64,000 bases of DNA from a virus (lineage: Duplodnaviria > Caudoviricetes): the IMG/VR virus record IMGVR_UViG_3300047189_000056, positions 541 through 64,540 of that record. One strand, given 5' to 3'. Shown here piece after piece: positions 1 to 10,329 of the stretch (its first letter is position 1; every line of letters starts with the position of its first letter). The translations under genes and the position numbers were made by a program. The notes below the pieces were generated by a model, which was not told the DNA's origin, made no database searches, and was given only the letters and a program-made list of their open reading frames with translations.

Positions 1-1200
1 GGTAACGATTCAACAGGTGATGGCTCACAAGGGAATCCTTGGAAAACCATTACTAAAGCCAATTCATCAATGGCTGCTCTTGCTGATGGGACGCATTCGA
101 TTCTTTTTAATCGAGGAGATACTTGGGAACTGGGAGGAGGAGAAGCCACCGCATTATTAATAACCGTTTCTGGCACCGATGAGTCTAACAGGGTAACGGT
201 TGGTGCTTATGGGACAGGAAACAAACCCAAAATAGACGGAAATGCTGCTGATGACGGAGGAGTGGTACAGGCTGATGATCAATCACACTTCATAATTGAG
301 AACTTAGAGGTTTATGGTGGTCATGCTGGGAATTCCGTAATAAACATCCCACATGGATATAATAGAGTTACCCAACATGACATGATTATTCAGGATTGCA
401 TCATTCATGGTGCTTTAGCGGGTAATCATGTAATTCATATAAAAAACACGGCCGTAACTCCATTCCACGATATTATCATAAGAAGGAATGTGGTTTATGA
501 TTCTGGTCACAATGGTATCAAGGTGTCGGATGGAGTCACCTATTGCTACATCTATGAAAACACCATTTACAATATTACTCATAACGGAATTGATACCTTA
601 GATATAGAAAACTCCAATACCAATAATTATCTGGAAATTTATAGTAATGACATCTACGATTGTAGTACAGGTATTTACGCATGTGATGTTACCTATACGA
701 ATATATATGACAATGATATCTATAATATGTCGCTAAAAGAAGCTGGTATTTCCTCCTATGGGGTAAAGGTTGCCCAACAGGTATCAGCGGGTAGTGACCA
801 TGTTATTGTTAGAAATAATCGGGTCTGGAATGTGGTAAATGCTGGACTCTCAACCTATGCTATATGGATGACTTACACGACAAATAAGAGTTGTTGGAAT
901 AATACTGTCTATGGTTGTACGAACACTATGTATCATGATGGATCAATCAGCAACTACAATAATTTAGCCTATGCCAATGTAAGTGATTCGGCAGATTTAA
1001 GGAATTATGGTTCAGACCCAAAATTTGTAAGTGTGGTAACTCCCGATTTTCATCTTCAATCAAACTCACCTGTGATAGATCAGGGCGTGGATGTTGGGTT
1101 GCCTTATAGTGGAGAAGCACCAGATTTGGGGGCGTATGAGTATGGGGTAACAATCCCATCACTTCAAGGAGTCACAATTATAGGAGGTACGGTAAAGTGA
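1..1200 (+). CDS. Right-handed parallel beta-helix (pectin lyase-like) protein, 5'-truncated by the window edge; tailspike/depolymerase-like
   Basis: Frame open from base 1 (GNDSTGDGSQGNPWKTITKA, DUF1565-like motif); PbH1-like repeats (IYENTIYN, IYSNDIYD); C-terminal DFHLQSNSPVID...PDLGAYE motif. Confidence 0.8.
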   Translation, partial: GNDSTGDGSQGNPWKTITKANSSMAALADGTHSILFNRGDTWELGGGEATALLITVSGTDESNRVTVGAYGTGNKPKIDGNAADDGGVVQADDQSHFIIENLEVYGGHAGNSVINIPHGYNRVTQHDMIIQDCIIHGALAGNHVIHIKNTAVTPFHDIIIRRNVVYDSGHNGIKVSDGVTYCYIYENTIYNITHNGIDTLDIENSNTNNYLEIYSNDIYDCSTGIYACDVTYTNIYDNDIYNMSLKEAGISSYGVKVAQQVSAGSDHVIVRNNRVWNVVNAGLSTYAIWMTYTTNKSCWNNTVYGCTNTMYHDGSISNYNNLAYANVSDSADLRNYGSDPKFVSVVTPDFHLQSNSPVIDQGVDVGLPYSGEAPDLGAYEYGVTIPSLQGVTIIGGTVK

Positions 1201-1527
1201 AAATTCTAATCTTTTTCTTGCTTCTTTTCCCAACCTTAGTTTGGGCAGATCCTTTCCTTGTCTGCGATCCTGTTGCCACAGGTTCATGGGATAAAATTGA
1301 GATTGCCATTGATGGAGGAATGGCAACTTTGATCGACCCACAGGTGATGGCGGATACCAAACTCAGACTTTATTATGATCTAAAAGATGTCACGGTAGGG
1401 GGGGCATACAGTCAGGTTGAGAGGGAAAAGGGGTGTCTGGTATGGTGCCTATAGCACACCTGATCCTTTTTCCTTTACTCGACCTGCTGTTTCCGCCCCT
1501 GCCAATATAACCATACAGGAGAAATAA
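1197..1527 (+). pseudogene. Signal-peptide Fn3-like small protein split by a frameshift in a G7 run (1398-1404)
   Basis: MKILIFFLLLFPTLVWA signal; removing one G gives ...DVTVGGHTVRLRGKRGVWYG...PFSFTRPAVSAPANITIQEK* ending at 1527, just before the next ATG at 1529. Confidence 0.65.
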
Positions 1528-1528
1528 G

Positions 1529-1873
1529 ATGAAAAAAACAACCTTAATCTTGTTAGTGGCTTTGATGGTGGGGGCGGGCATCGCCGATACCTATGCAGGT
1601 GAACAGATCGATCTGACAGCTCCAGTTATCATCTCCTCTTATAAGGTGGTGGAGTTAAATCTTGATCTAAGGGGCCAAGAGATCAGGATTGTCCTTTACA
1701 ACAGCGTGGCGAATAAGGACATAACAGTAACCTACAATGGACCCACTGCCCTAGCCCTGATAATTCAGATGAATAAGATGAATTTCTCTACGAACTCGAT
1801 GCAGAAAGTTATCTTAAATAAACTAATCACAGATGGGAAAATCATAGGAACTATATCTGGAATTCCAGACTGA
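1529..1873 (+). CDS. Exported hypothetical protein
   Basis: SD AGGAG; MKKTTLILLVALMVGAGIA signal-like N-terminus. Confidence 0.7.
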   Translation: MKKTTLILLVALMVGAGIADTYAGEQIDLTAPVIISSYKVVELNLDLRGQEIRIVLYNSVANKDITVTYNGPTALALIIQMNKMNFSTNSMQKVILNKLITDGKIIGTISGIPD

Positions 1874-1882
1874 GAGGGATAA

Positions 1883-2125
1883 ATGCCTGAATGGTTATGG
1901 ATGATAATTGTTGGAGGTGTGATTATGGGACTTTTGGGTTTAGTCTACAGCGGTGTTCTTACGAAAAATGAGCATGCTGATATTTGCAACAAAAAGACAG
2001 TGGTAATACAAGAAAGCATAAAGAATACAATCAAGGATGAGCTAAAAGACATAAAGGAATATTTTGACTTGAAAATCGAGAACGTAGTCTTGAAGGAGAT
2101 AAGGAAGGCAAATGGCAGACCTTGA
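1883..2125 (+). CDS. Single-TM membrane protein of the lysis region (holin/antiholin-like)
   Basis: N-terminal TM helix followed by charged coil; upstream of endolysin. Confidence 0.5.
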   Translation: MPEWLWMIIVGGVIMGLLGLVYSGVLTKNEHADICNKKTVVIQESIKNTIKDELKDIKEYFDLKIENVVLKEIRKANGRP

Positions 2126-2309
2126 GGAAAAGGAATTCCTAACGGCATCACAAGAGAAATTGTGTGATCTCTGCTTTAGAATAGCTGCCCTCTATAACCG
2201 TAGGGAGAATCTTATTAGAGAGGAAATGGCTCATCAGGGGATGAGATTGGATATTCCAATAAAGGTGCTACTTGAAGATTTGAAACAATGGATACTGAAG
2301 AATGAATAG
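2112..2309 (+). CDS. Hypothetical protein
   Basis: SD AAGGAAGG; overlaps both neighbours in coupled fashion. Confidence 0.5.
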   Translation: MADLEEKEFLTASQEKLCDLCFRIAALYNRRENLIREEMAHQGMRLDIPIKVLLEDLKQWILKNE

Positions 2310-2658
2310 ACCAGAGTTCACCCACAAAATTGCAGTGCTTCTTTGCAGGATGGTAGTTGCGGATGAAGCACCGATCGGGGATGGATGGAAGAGATCGGTT
2401 CAGGAGCAGAAACGATACTTTGATGCCGGACTTTCCCAATGTGATGGGACTATCAAAATAAGCGATCATCAGGTAGGTAAAGCATTGGATATTTTCTTTC
2501 AAGATGTTGGGGACATTGATAAGGATGGGATCACAACAGAACTCATACCGCCATTAAAAACGTGGGATTATTGGCATAATGAATGGGTGAAGATGGGGGG
2601 AAAACCATTGGTTATTTTCTCTAACGGGAATAAGGATTATCCACATTTTGCGGGATGA
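2302..2658 (+). CDS. Endolysin, M15-family Zn peptidase (L-Ala-D-Glu peptidase-like)
   Basis: RSxxEQ, SxHxxGxAxD and DxPHF motifs. Confidence 0.85.
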   Translation: MNRPEFTHKIAVLLCRMVVADEAPIGDGWKRSVQEQKRYFDAGLSQCDGTIKISDHQVGKALDIFFQDVGDIDKDGITTELIPPLKTWDYWHNEWVKMGGKPLVIFSNGNKDYPHFAG

Positions 2659-2818
2659 AAGAGAGGTAATATGATCACAGAAAAAAAAGAGTTGGATCTG
2701 TTAGGGAAGTACCGAAAGGCTGGTTATATAGTCTCATTAATTAAACTCTGTCCCCATTGTGGGAAAGAAATCTCTTTCGTAGTTGGGGGCAAGAAAAAAA
2801 AGAAAGGAGGAAAGTAAG

Positions 2819-3034
2819 ATGTTAGACATTCTAAAAAATGACAAGTTATGGGTAATCTGCGTCGTTGGTGCAATCGCCATTATCTGTATCTTTAAGATTC
2901 CAGAGAAGGCCGATACGATCATCCTTGCAATCGTAAGTGGCTTGTTTGGCGTTGCAGTCGGTCAAAGAATGGGTCAGAGAACGGGAGATCAACCTCCGGC
3001 GGCAAATGGGGGGCCCGTACAACCTCCGAAATAA
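2819..3034 (+). CDS. Holin-like 2-TM protein
   Basis: SD AAGGAGG before ATG 2819; two hydrophobic helices; downstream of endolysin. Confidence 0.6.
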   Translation: MLDILKNDKLWVICVVGAIAIICIFKIPEKADTIILAIVSGLFGVAVGQRMGQRTGDQPPAANGGPVQPPK

Positions 3035-3048
3035 GAAAAGAGGGACAT

Positions 3049-3092
3049 AAAAAAGGGCGACCTATCTATCAAGGTCGCCCTTTCTCTTGTTT
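3049..3092. terminator. Bidirectional intrinsic terminator between convergent late and early operons
   Basis: AAAGGGCGACCT-N8-AGGTCGCCCTTT with A-run before and T-rich run after. Confidence 0.8.
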
Positions 3093-3111
3093 TAAGGCCA
3101 TCCCAGCGATT

Positions 3112-3678
3112 TTAGGCTGGTGTTATGGGTGTTTCTCCCTTCTCAGCATCAATTTTGTCTTGTAAGAGTTTATTCTTGTCCGTAATCTCTTCCCAGGATG
3201 GTAATGCCTCGGTCCCAAAGACCTTCCTTGCTGTAGCCCAGAAGTTGAATGCCAATGCCAGAAGTCCATTGATTAGGAGAAGGACCATACTGACATCCAT
3301 TGCAGATTGAATAGGTTTAACTGCTCCGATGGATACCAATAGGGTTATGACGGAGTTAATCAATGGCTGAATTTGGGCATAAACTTGCTCGGGGGTGATC
3401 GGTTTGGTCTTAGATAGTTCAATCGACACCCTCAGCGCCTTGTTTGCCATATCGAAGGCCGGAACAATCTGTCCTTTCCATGTCTCCTGATGTTTTGGGT
3501 TTGCGATAATAAATGCCTTTCCGGTGTCAAAAAGGGTATTGAGTTGGGTCTGAAGATCATTCAGAACAACTCTTCCCTTCTCATCCGGAGTCAGGGCTGT
3601 CCATTTCTCTTGAATCCCCGCACATGCCACCACCAGCAACAATACCATAGCCAATACTGCAAATTTGAACTTTCTCAT
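3112..3678 (-). CDS. Lipoprotein with an additional C-proximal TM helix
   Basis: Lipobox-like LLVVAC; hydrophobic MVLLLINGLLALAFNFW segment. Confidence 0.7.
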   Translation of the reverse strand: MRKFKFAVLAMVLLLVVACAGIQEKWTALTPDEKGRVVLNDLQTQLNTLFDTGKAFIIANPKHQETWKGQIVPAFDMANKALRVSIELSKTKPITPEQVYAQIQPLINSVITLLVSIGAVKPIQSAMDVSMVLLLINGLLALAFNFWATARKVFGTEALPSWEEITDKNKLLQDKIDAEKGETPITPA

Positions 3679-3688
3679 AGTGACCTCC

Positions 3689-4105
3689 TTATTTGGATTT
3701 TGAATCGTTTAAAATATCCCAATTATCTTTGAATTTTTTGTACTGACTTCGACGTATATTATTTGTTTCTGCATCAAAAAATCTTATGGAATATTTTCCT
3801 TCTAATTCTTTTGCTGGAACAATTAAGAAATAATCATCTTCAATGGCCCAACAAATCACAAAATCAATATCCGTTAATGGATGAGGAATATACTTATTCT
3901 CTTTTCTTCTCCAACTTTTGAAGCTAAACATATAGCTTTTATGTAATTTTGATTTATGAGATGCTTTAACTTGAATCTTAATACCCTGATTAATAATCAA
4001 ATCAATACCTCCATCGGTTGCTGGCATAAAAACATCATAACCTTTTAAAAGCAGTTCAGAAGCTACCCTAAACTCTCCAGCTTTTCCAATGGAAAGATTT
4101 TTCAC
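3689..4105 (-). CDS. PD-(D/E)XK endonuclease (homing-type)
   Basis: GxxGE...D-LI...IQVK motif; AT-rich relative to flanks. Confidence 0.8.
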   Translation of the reverse strand: MKNLSIGKAGEFRVASELLLKGYDVFMPATDGGIDLIINQGIKIQVKASHKSKLHKSYMFSFKSWRRKENKYIPHPLTDIDFVICWAIEDDYFLIVPAKELEGKYSIRFFDAETNNIRRSQYKKFKDNWDILNDSKSK

Positions 4106-4211
4106 GCAGCACCACCTCCTTTCAGCCCAAGACTACCGATGGATATAAGGCATAGGCATAAAAGGAATATAATTCCCAAATGGATCACCTTCACGATGGC
4201 ATCCCTCCTTT

Positions 4212-4463
4212 CTACTTCTTCGGCTCCTCTTTCTTTGGTGCTGGTTTAGGTTTCTCGACTACCTGACCCTTCTCAATCGTAAACCCCTTGGCATCTAACT
4301 TCTGTCCGAAGTCCTGCAATGCCCGGAATTGTGGAAGCATCTGTTGAGCCACACTAAACTCTGCCACAAGAGCTCGATACTCCCAGTTCAATTCCTCCTT
4401 CTCTCCAGCCCAGGCCACCCCTGCCATCAACACAATTGCCAATACTACAACAAACTTTTTCAT
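4212..4463 (-). CDS. Small exported protein
   Basis: MKKFVVVLAIVLMAGVAWA signal peptide; SD AAGGAGG. Confidence 0.7.
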   Translation of the reverse strand: MKKFVVVLAIVLMAGVAWAGEKEELNWEYRALVAEFSVAQQMLPQFRALQDFGQKLDAKGFTIEKGQVVEKPKPAPKKEEPKK

Positions 4464-4476
4464 TTAGACCTCCTTT

Positions 4477-4686
4477 CTATTTGACCTTTTCTATTTTGTA
4501 GTAACCTAACACTTTTCCACAATGGGGACAAAATTTGATGTCTTCTATCCCACAATGACAATCCAGTCCGAAATAAAATCCGCAATTGCCACAAGTTACT
4601 TTCCACTCAATGTCTCGATTGATCTTAATTTGACAACTTAAAACCAAAAGCATAATTATCAAAGAAAGAACAACCAATCTTTTCAT
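4477..4686 (-). CDS. Small putative lipoprotein with Cys pairs
   Basis: LVLSC lipobox-like; CxxC...CPHC. Confidence 0.55.
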   Translation of the reverse strand: MKRLVVLSLIIMLLVLSCQIKINRDIEWKVTCGNCGFYFGLDCHCGIEDIKFCPHCGKVLGYYKIEKVK

Positions 4687-4959
4687 TTATACTTCCTTGC
4701 TTGTTTGATATAATTCTTCGTCTTCCAATGGAACAACCAATAGACGAGCCCGTTTAAAATCTTCGTGTTTACCTATCGCATCGCGCAACTCCACTATTTT
4801 CATCCTTTCTTCAATCAAATCCTTAGAAAGACACTCTCTCTCTTGTTCTGTTTCTTTGAGACAGGAAAGAAGATATTTGATATGTTTTATTGCCTTAAAT
4901 GGGTTAAGATAATTTTGTGGAAGAATATCAGATTCAATCTCCCTTATCTTCTCATCCAT
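4687..4959 (-). CDS. Hypothetical coiled-coil protein (paralog of 4962-5360)
   Basis: Shared IxEI...LLS...L.eA..H...D..LY pattern. Confidence 0.6.
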   Translation of the reverse strand: MDEKIREIESDILPQNYLNPFKAIKHIKYLLSCLKETEQERECLSKDLIEERMKIVELRDAIGKHEDFKRARLLVVPLEDEELYQTSKEV

Positions 4960-4961
4960 TC

Positions 4962-5360
4962 TTAAACCTCATCTCGAACTTTGTAGAGTTTAACATCATG
5001 TTTCATTGTCAATCTAATATTTGGTGGGGTGGATTTATGCTCATCCACCGCCTCCTGCAATCTCTTGAGGCGGGATTCAAAATAATTACGTTCTGTAGCA
5101 AACTTTTTAATAAGTCTGAATTGGTCTTCTCTTATATCCTTAACATATTCAATACATCTTTTGGGATCATTGACAAACTCAGACCCACCAGGAGTAAGGG
5201 ATTGCAAGACTAAGTCCAACTTCTCCACCCTTTCCTCAAGGGTGGAGATATGAGAGAGGAGAGTTTCAATAAAATTAAGAGCCTTTTCATATTCAATATG
5301 ACTTTCTAATTTTCTTGCAATAATTAACCAATTTCTTATTTCCTGTATCTCTTCACTCAT
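4962..5360 (-). CDS. Hypothetical coiled-coil protein
   Basis: SD AAGGAGG; LQSLTPGGSEFVNDP motif. Confidence 0.65.
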   Translation of the reverse strand: MSEEIQEIRNWLIIARKLESHIEYEKALNFIETLLSHISTLEERVEKLDLVLQSLTPGGSEFVNDPKRCIEYVKDIREDQFRLIKKFATERNYFESRLKRLQEAVDEHKSTPPNIRLTMKHDVKLYKVRDEV

Positions 5361-6448
5361 CCCCCAACCTCCTTCTAAATACTAATCCCATGGAGATTTA
5401 ATATCGTCTTTAAGCAATCAATCTCTTGTTGTTGATATTTTATGATATTTTTATCGTGAAATCTTATCCATTTTCTGATAGCAGATATTTGAATAATAGT
5501 TCTTCTTATAGAATCTTTCTTTTTCGGTTTAGATATTAGATTTATACACCTCATCCTTCAACCTTCTTTATCAGAATATTTTACTTTATAACCTCATCCA
5601 GAAAATTAAGTATTTCTCTAACTGCATCTTCCAATGCGTGGACTTCTCTTGCCAAAGGAGTCTCATCATCATCATCTGCTTGGCAATTACGCTTAAAGGT
5701 TCTATTTAATCTTTCTTCAATTTCCCTTAATTTTCTATCCATCCCTCAACCTCCTTTACTTATATTCCTTGATTTCTTAAAATAAATACTAAGTGCTTCT
5801 AATTCTCCAGTTGCCCTTATTTTTCCAAATCTCAAATCTTCTTGCCATTCCATAAAACCAAGGATTTTCTTACATCCTGGGCATCGAGGCCCAAAAATCC
5901 ATTTAGTTGATGTACGGGCAATAGTGTCGGAGCAACAATCACAATTAGTAAGAATGATGGTGTAAGACCTAATCATCTCTCCCCACTGCCTACTTCCCAT
6001 CCCTGGGGCAGATGTAATCATTTTTGGCTCCAATGTTCCCACGTAGAGCATTCTTTATCGGTGGGTGTCAAACCATATTCACACCATGACGTAGATAATG
6101 GATCATCTTCATGCATTACATCATACTTACAATATTTACAGGTATCACAAGGTTCTGGGGTGTTCATCTTCCTCTCCTTTCATCTGATCCACAATTTCCT
6201 CATCCCATTCTTCAATATCAAATCCTGCAAGTTTAGAATCCTCTCTTAGTTGGGCAATAAACCTCCTTCTGGATTCAAGCCAATAGAATAGACTAATGCG
6301 CTTGACCATTTCTATAATTCTTGGATCAGTTTTAAATAACTTTCTTCCCAGTTCAAAACCCATCCATGTTTTATCTTTCCAAACTTCCTCAAACTCTTTT
6401 TCATCTTCGGTCATTTGTCCTCCCCAATCCACTGATTATTTTCCCATC

Positions 6449-6868
6449 TCATTCCCCACCTTTGCTTGTGATAGAAGGCGGAGAGGAGTTCTGATGTTTT
6501 TGATAATGTTCGTGATCACATTTTCTGCAATAGTGACTTAACCCATTCCAGCGGTTCCTGTTCCTTGAAAATTGTTCTTTAGGAAGGAATTGCTGGCAAG
6601 AGCAACACCAATTTGTATCTTGGTCTTTAAACTTTCTCCTAAATCCCCCATTCTTTTGATGGTCGACAATATGCTGTCTTTTATCTTGAAGCAATAAATT
6701 CTCAATGTTATCATTCAAGGTATTCCTATCTATATGGTGAACAACTTCATTCGCCGAAAGTTTTCTGCCTAAATGCTTCTCTATTATTAGTCTGGAGTTA
6801 TATTGATATTTATTTTTTCCAATGTGTCTCAATCTTCTTGGTTGTCCTCTTACAATATTTATATACAT
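6449..6868 (-). CDS. HNH homing endonuclease
   Basis: LGRKL...VVHHIDRN..N...NL motif plus C-terminal Cys cluster. Confidence 0.85.
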   Translation of the reverse strand: MYINIVRGQPRRLRHIGKNKYQYNSRLIIEKHLGRKLSANEVVHHIDRNTLNDNIENLLLQDKRQHIVDHQKNGGFRRKFKDQDTNWCCSCQQFLPKEQFSRNRNRWNGLSHYCRKCDHEHYQKHQNSSPPSITSKGGE

Positions 6869-7260
6869 ACTTTCCGTTCCTTCCAATTAGTTCCGTTCCA
6901 AATTAATCCTTTCTCGTAGTGCCAAAAATGAGATAAAAGTTCAGATAATGTTTTACAATGACACTCTTCCATTAAAGTCCAATTTCTTAACCTCCATATT
7001 AAATGGATTGCTTTCCCTAACTTTTTAAATATTTTAACTTCTGATTCAGCGAATAGATCGACCCAATCATCTGAGGTGGGGAGCCAAATTGTGCTTGAAG
7101 ATTTCCAGCCGTTGCCTCCTGCCCTTGACATCATTCTAATAATGGGTGGAAACCCTCCCCCTGATTGAACAGCATACCAATCTCCAAATGATAAAAACTT
7201 TCTCTCCTTCTGCACCGGAGATTCTTTCATCATGTCGATGTAGGTTGAGGTGAAAGTCAT
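6859..7260 (-). CDS. Hypothetical phage protein
   Basis: ORF in the early operon; WLPT motif; overlaps HNH start. Confidence 0.55.
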   Translation of the reverse strand: MTFTSTYIDMMKESPVQKERKFLSFGDWYAVQSGGGFPPIIRMMSRAGGNGWKSSSTIWLPTSDDWVDLFAESEVKIFKKLGKAIHLIWRLRNWTLMEECHCKTLSELLSHFWHYEKGLIWNGTNWKERKVCI

Positions 7261-7990
7261 TTGGATTGCTCCTCATAATACGGTGTAAAAGTAATTATTC
7301 CTTTATGCACTACTTGAACAATTGGTTTTTGATTGAACATCACCCTGTAACTATTTATTTGGGCAATCCATTTCCAGTAACAATCTATAATTATTGTAAT
7401 CTTCTTCATCTTCCTCTCCTTCGCAGGATGCTCCCCAGTTGACCCCTGCGAGTTACTTATTTTGGAAATATCCATCCCTTACCATTACAAGTAGGACAAA
7501 CAACGGAATTAGCTACTTTGCCTTTACCTAAACATTTTGGGCATTCCATAAGATTACCTCCTTTAGATCCAAGACGGGCAGAGTATTAACCTACAACCTT
7601 CATTGGGTTAGGCTTATCAGGCCACCGCTTGGATTTATTCTAATTCAATTTCTGCTACTATGAAATCTGCCATATTTTCTGCACGACATAAATACCATAG
7701 ACTTGGCTTTCCGTCTGTAATGGCAAATCTGATTTGTTTTTGAATAATAACTAATTCATACCCAAGTTTATGCTTAACTTTGTCACCATGCTTAAATCTA
7801 AATTTATATTCAGTCATCTCTCCCTTCCTTTCAATAAATGGTCAACTAAGCGGACCATTGTAATGGGGTGGGCAAGTTAATTTGCTCTCTTCTTCCCCTG
7901 CATGGGACATATAGGCTCCCCATTGTCTTTCTCACATAGCGATCAAACACCACCCTTTAGCCTCCCCTTATCTCCTACCCGTGGCAAATA

Positions 7991-9019
7991 TTAATCCTTT
8001 AATTTCTCTAATTTATCGTTAACCATCTTTGTGATCTCAATTATCGTTTTGGAAGGATATTGTTTCTTCCAATCGGCTCGATTCTTTTGATAGTATTCCA
8101 TCAATTCCTTTTTCTTTCCGAAAGCCAAGATGGTTCTTGAGAAATCTGCGACTGCTTTGGCCCAATCTGGAATGAGTTTTTCTTCTGGTGCCGATTCAAT
8201 CGGTCGATCTGGAATCATACCAGCCTTTTTCGCATCTTCGAGAACTTCGGTTTCCGTTGGATTATCATCTCCAATTTTGGAATCGGTCTTTTTACCAACT
8301 GCCCATATAGAAATGAGTCTACCCGATTCTTCATTAATTTGTCTATTTAATGGAAAAATATGCTTATGCTGTTCCTGTAATTTTATAGGTTGGGGGATTC
8401 CTGGTTTATCTGGGGTAAGCAAAAAAGAAACCGTTAATTCATAGGGCATTTCTTTTGAACAAATGGGTTGAAAACCCATAGGAATAATTTGCATTTTTCC
8501 CTGTTGGTCTTTCTCCATCTTTATCTTTTCCTCGGCTCTAAAACATAGAATTAAGTTTGCCCGAACCTGAAGAAGCCGCTGAATCATTTGTTTATGGGCT
8601 CCTTTTGGTTTAATCCAGGAAGCCATTTTGCAGGATTCTCGCTTCTTCCAATCATCTCCTGCCATACGTTGGAGTTCTTCTTCTTGCCAATCTAAAATAC
8701 CTCCTTCTCCCGCCCATTCATGGGAAGATGAATCTACGATAATAGCTTTATAACCAGCTTCATCGGCAACTTTGATAGCATCAGTATAGGCAGAGGGTCG
8801 AAAGGGTATCTTTAAATCTCCATGATCAAATTTAAAAAGATCTGCATAATGCTTTGCTCGGCCTGCTTCGGTGTCGATAACGGCAAATGGTTTATCACCA
8901 CAGATGCCCTTAGCAAGACGCATAGCTGTGAATGTCTTGCCACCGCCAGAGGGTCCTATAAGCCCAATCAATAACGAGACTGCTTCCCTAACCGCTGGTC
9001 TAAAGGTAAATCCATTCAT
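7991..9019 (-). CDS. AAA ATPase, Sak4-like recombination/annealing protein
   Basis: Walker A GPSGGGKT, VIDTE, IIVDS; next to RecE-like nuclease. Confidence 0.8.
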   Translation of the reverse strand: MNGFTFRPAVREAVSLLIGLIGPSGGGKTFTAMRLAKGICGDKPFAVIDTEAGRAKHYADLFKFDHGDLKIPFRPSAYTDAIKVADEAGYKAIIVDSSSHEWAGEGGILDWQEEELQRMAGDDWKKRESCKMASWIKPKGAHKQMIQRLLQVRANLILCFRAEEKIKMEKDQQGKMQIIPMGFQPICSKEMPYELTVSFLLTPDKPGIPQPIKLQEQHKHIFPLNRQINEESGRLISIWAVGKKTDSKIGDDNPTETEVLEDAKKAGMIPDRPIESAPEEKLIPDWAKAVADFSRTILAFGKKKELMEYYQKNRADWKKQYPSKTIIEITKMVNDKLEKLKD

Positions 9020-10317
9020 GGTCTTACCTCCTCATCCATGAATACAATTCCATCCTTCACAACATAAACACCTATCCTTTCTGGAATATTAGCTGGTTTT
9101 TCACCAACGATAGTTGCTAAAATCGTAGCTTTTTTCTTATCAGCAATATCGACATATTGGAAAATTGAACGGCCAAGACTCTCTCCTCTATCGAGAAGAT
9201 CGATCCCTAAACCTTCTGGATAGAGTGCCGACAGTTCTTTGGATAATCTTTCAATCTGTGAACCGGAGAGCATACCAGCTTGGGTTCCCTGATAAGTAAA
9301 AACCCCTGATTCATCAAATGAGAGTTCCTTGATCCCGCAGATCTCACTTATCTTGAAAAGTTTGGAAACCTTTTCTTTCTTGAGAATCCTTTGCTTTTCC
9401 TCAATATGAGAGAGTTTATCTTTGTCATCTTCTCTTTCTTGACTTCTGGCAACGTTCTTTTGATATTGCTCAACCCGGACCTGATTGGCGGCACCTTCGG
9501 TAATTTGGTTTTCAATAGCTGAAGTGTCAGGTGATTCTGGTTTCTGTTGCTCCGTTTGACGGGGATTTTCTTTTACCCATGCCGACATATCGTTTCGTCT
9601 ATTTCGGCAATCTCCGAGTTTAGTTTCGAGTTCTTTGATCTCTTTATCCCACTCTTCGATGTCTGCCTCTGCATTAAGAACTTGGCTGTTATGCTCAATA
9701 ACGATTCGATTCTGAGCATCTATATCAAAGATTTTAACCGAATAATCCCCTTTAACCTTGTTTAATTGAGCCTTCAATGGATTAACATCGATCGGTTTCA
9801 CTTCCGTCAAATCAATTTCCCCATATCCCTTAATCTTTGCTCGGAGATCCCTGGCATCAATTTCAATCTGGTTCATCTCCTTATCGATCTCTGAGGTATC
9901 CACCGCAAAGAGTGTAGTGAAATATTGCTTTCTCTCAAGTTCGGTCATCTTCCTGAGATAGTCCTGGTCAAGAAGGAAAGGGTTTAAAAACTTCTCAATC
10001 TCTTTGACGGGTTTCTTAATGATTTTCCCATTGTTAACAAAGACAATCTCCCTTGCATGGGTCTGCCCATCTTTGCCCTTATACCATTCACGGTTTAGGG
10101 ACCCTCCTTCAAATTCAAGAGTAACACTGGCCCCTGTCTCACCATGGCGGATAATATCTGAAGGATATGAACCTCCGAAGCAGAATTTAACCGAATTCAA
10201 AATGGTTGTTTTTCCCATCATCAGATCGCCATAAAAAAGAATGAGAGGTTTGTTTAATTCAATCGTAGTATCTTTGATCATGCCAATATTCTTAATAATA
10301 AGTCGTTTCACTTTCAT
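9016..10317 (-). CDS. SMC/Rad50-like ABC ATPase with coiled coil
   Basis: IKNIG..., GDLMMGKT Walker A, long coil, LSGSQ signature, LLDRGE Walker B. Confidence 0.8.
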   Translation of the reverse strand: MKVKRLIIKNIGMIKDTTIELNKPLILFYGDLMMGKTTILNSVKFCFGGSYPSDIIRHGETGASVTLEFEGGSLNREWYKGKDGQTHAREIVFVNNGKIIKKPVKEIEKFLNPFLLDQDYLRKMTELERKQYFTTLFAVDTSEIDKEMNQIEIDARDLRAKIKGYGEIDLTEVKPIDVNPLKAQLNKVKGDYSVKIFDIDAQNRIVIEHNSQVLNAEADIEEWDKEIKELETKLGDCRNRRNDMSAWVKENPRQTEQQKPESPDTSAIENQITEGAANQVRVEQYQKNVARSQEREDDKDKLSHIEEKQRILKKEKVSKLFKISEICGIKELSFDESGVFTYQGTQAGMLSGSQIERLSKELSALYPEGLGIDLLDRGESLGRSIFQYVDIADKKKATILATIVGEKPANIPERIGVYVVKDGIVFMDEEVRP

Positions 10318-10329
10318 GATTTCTCCTTT

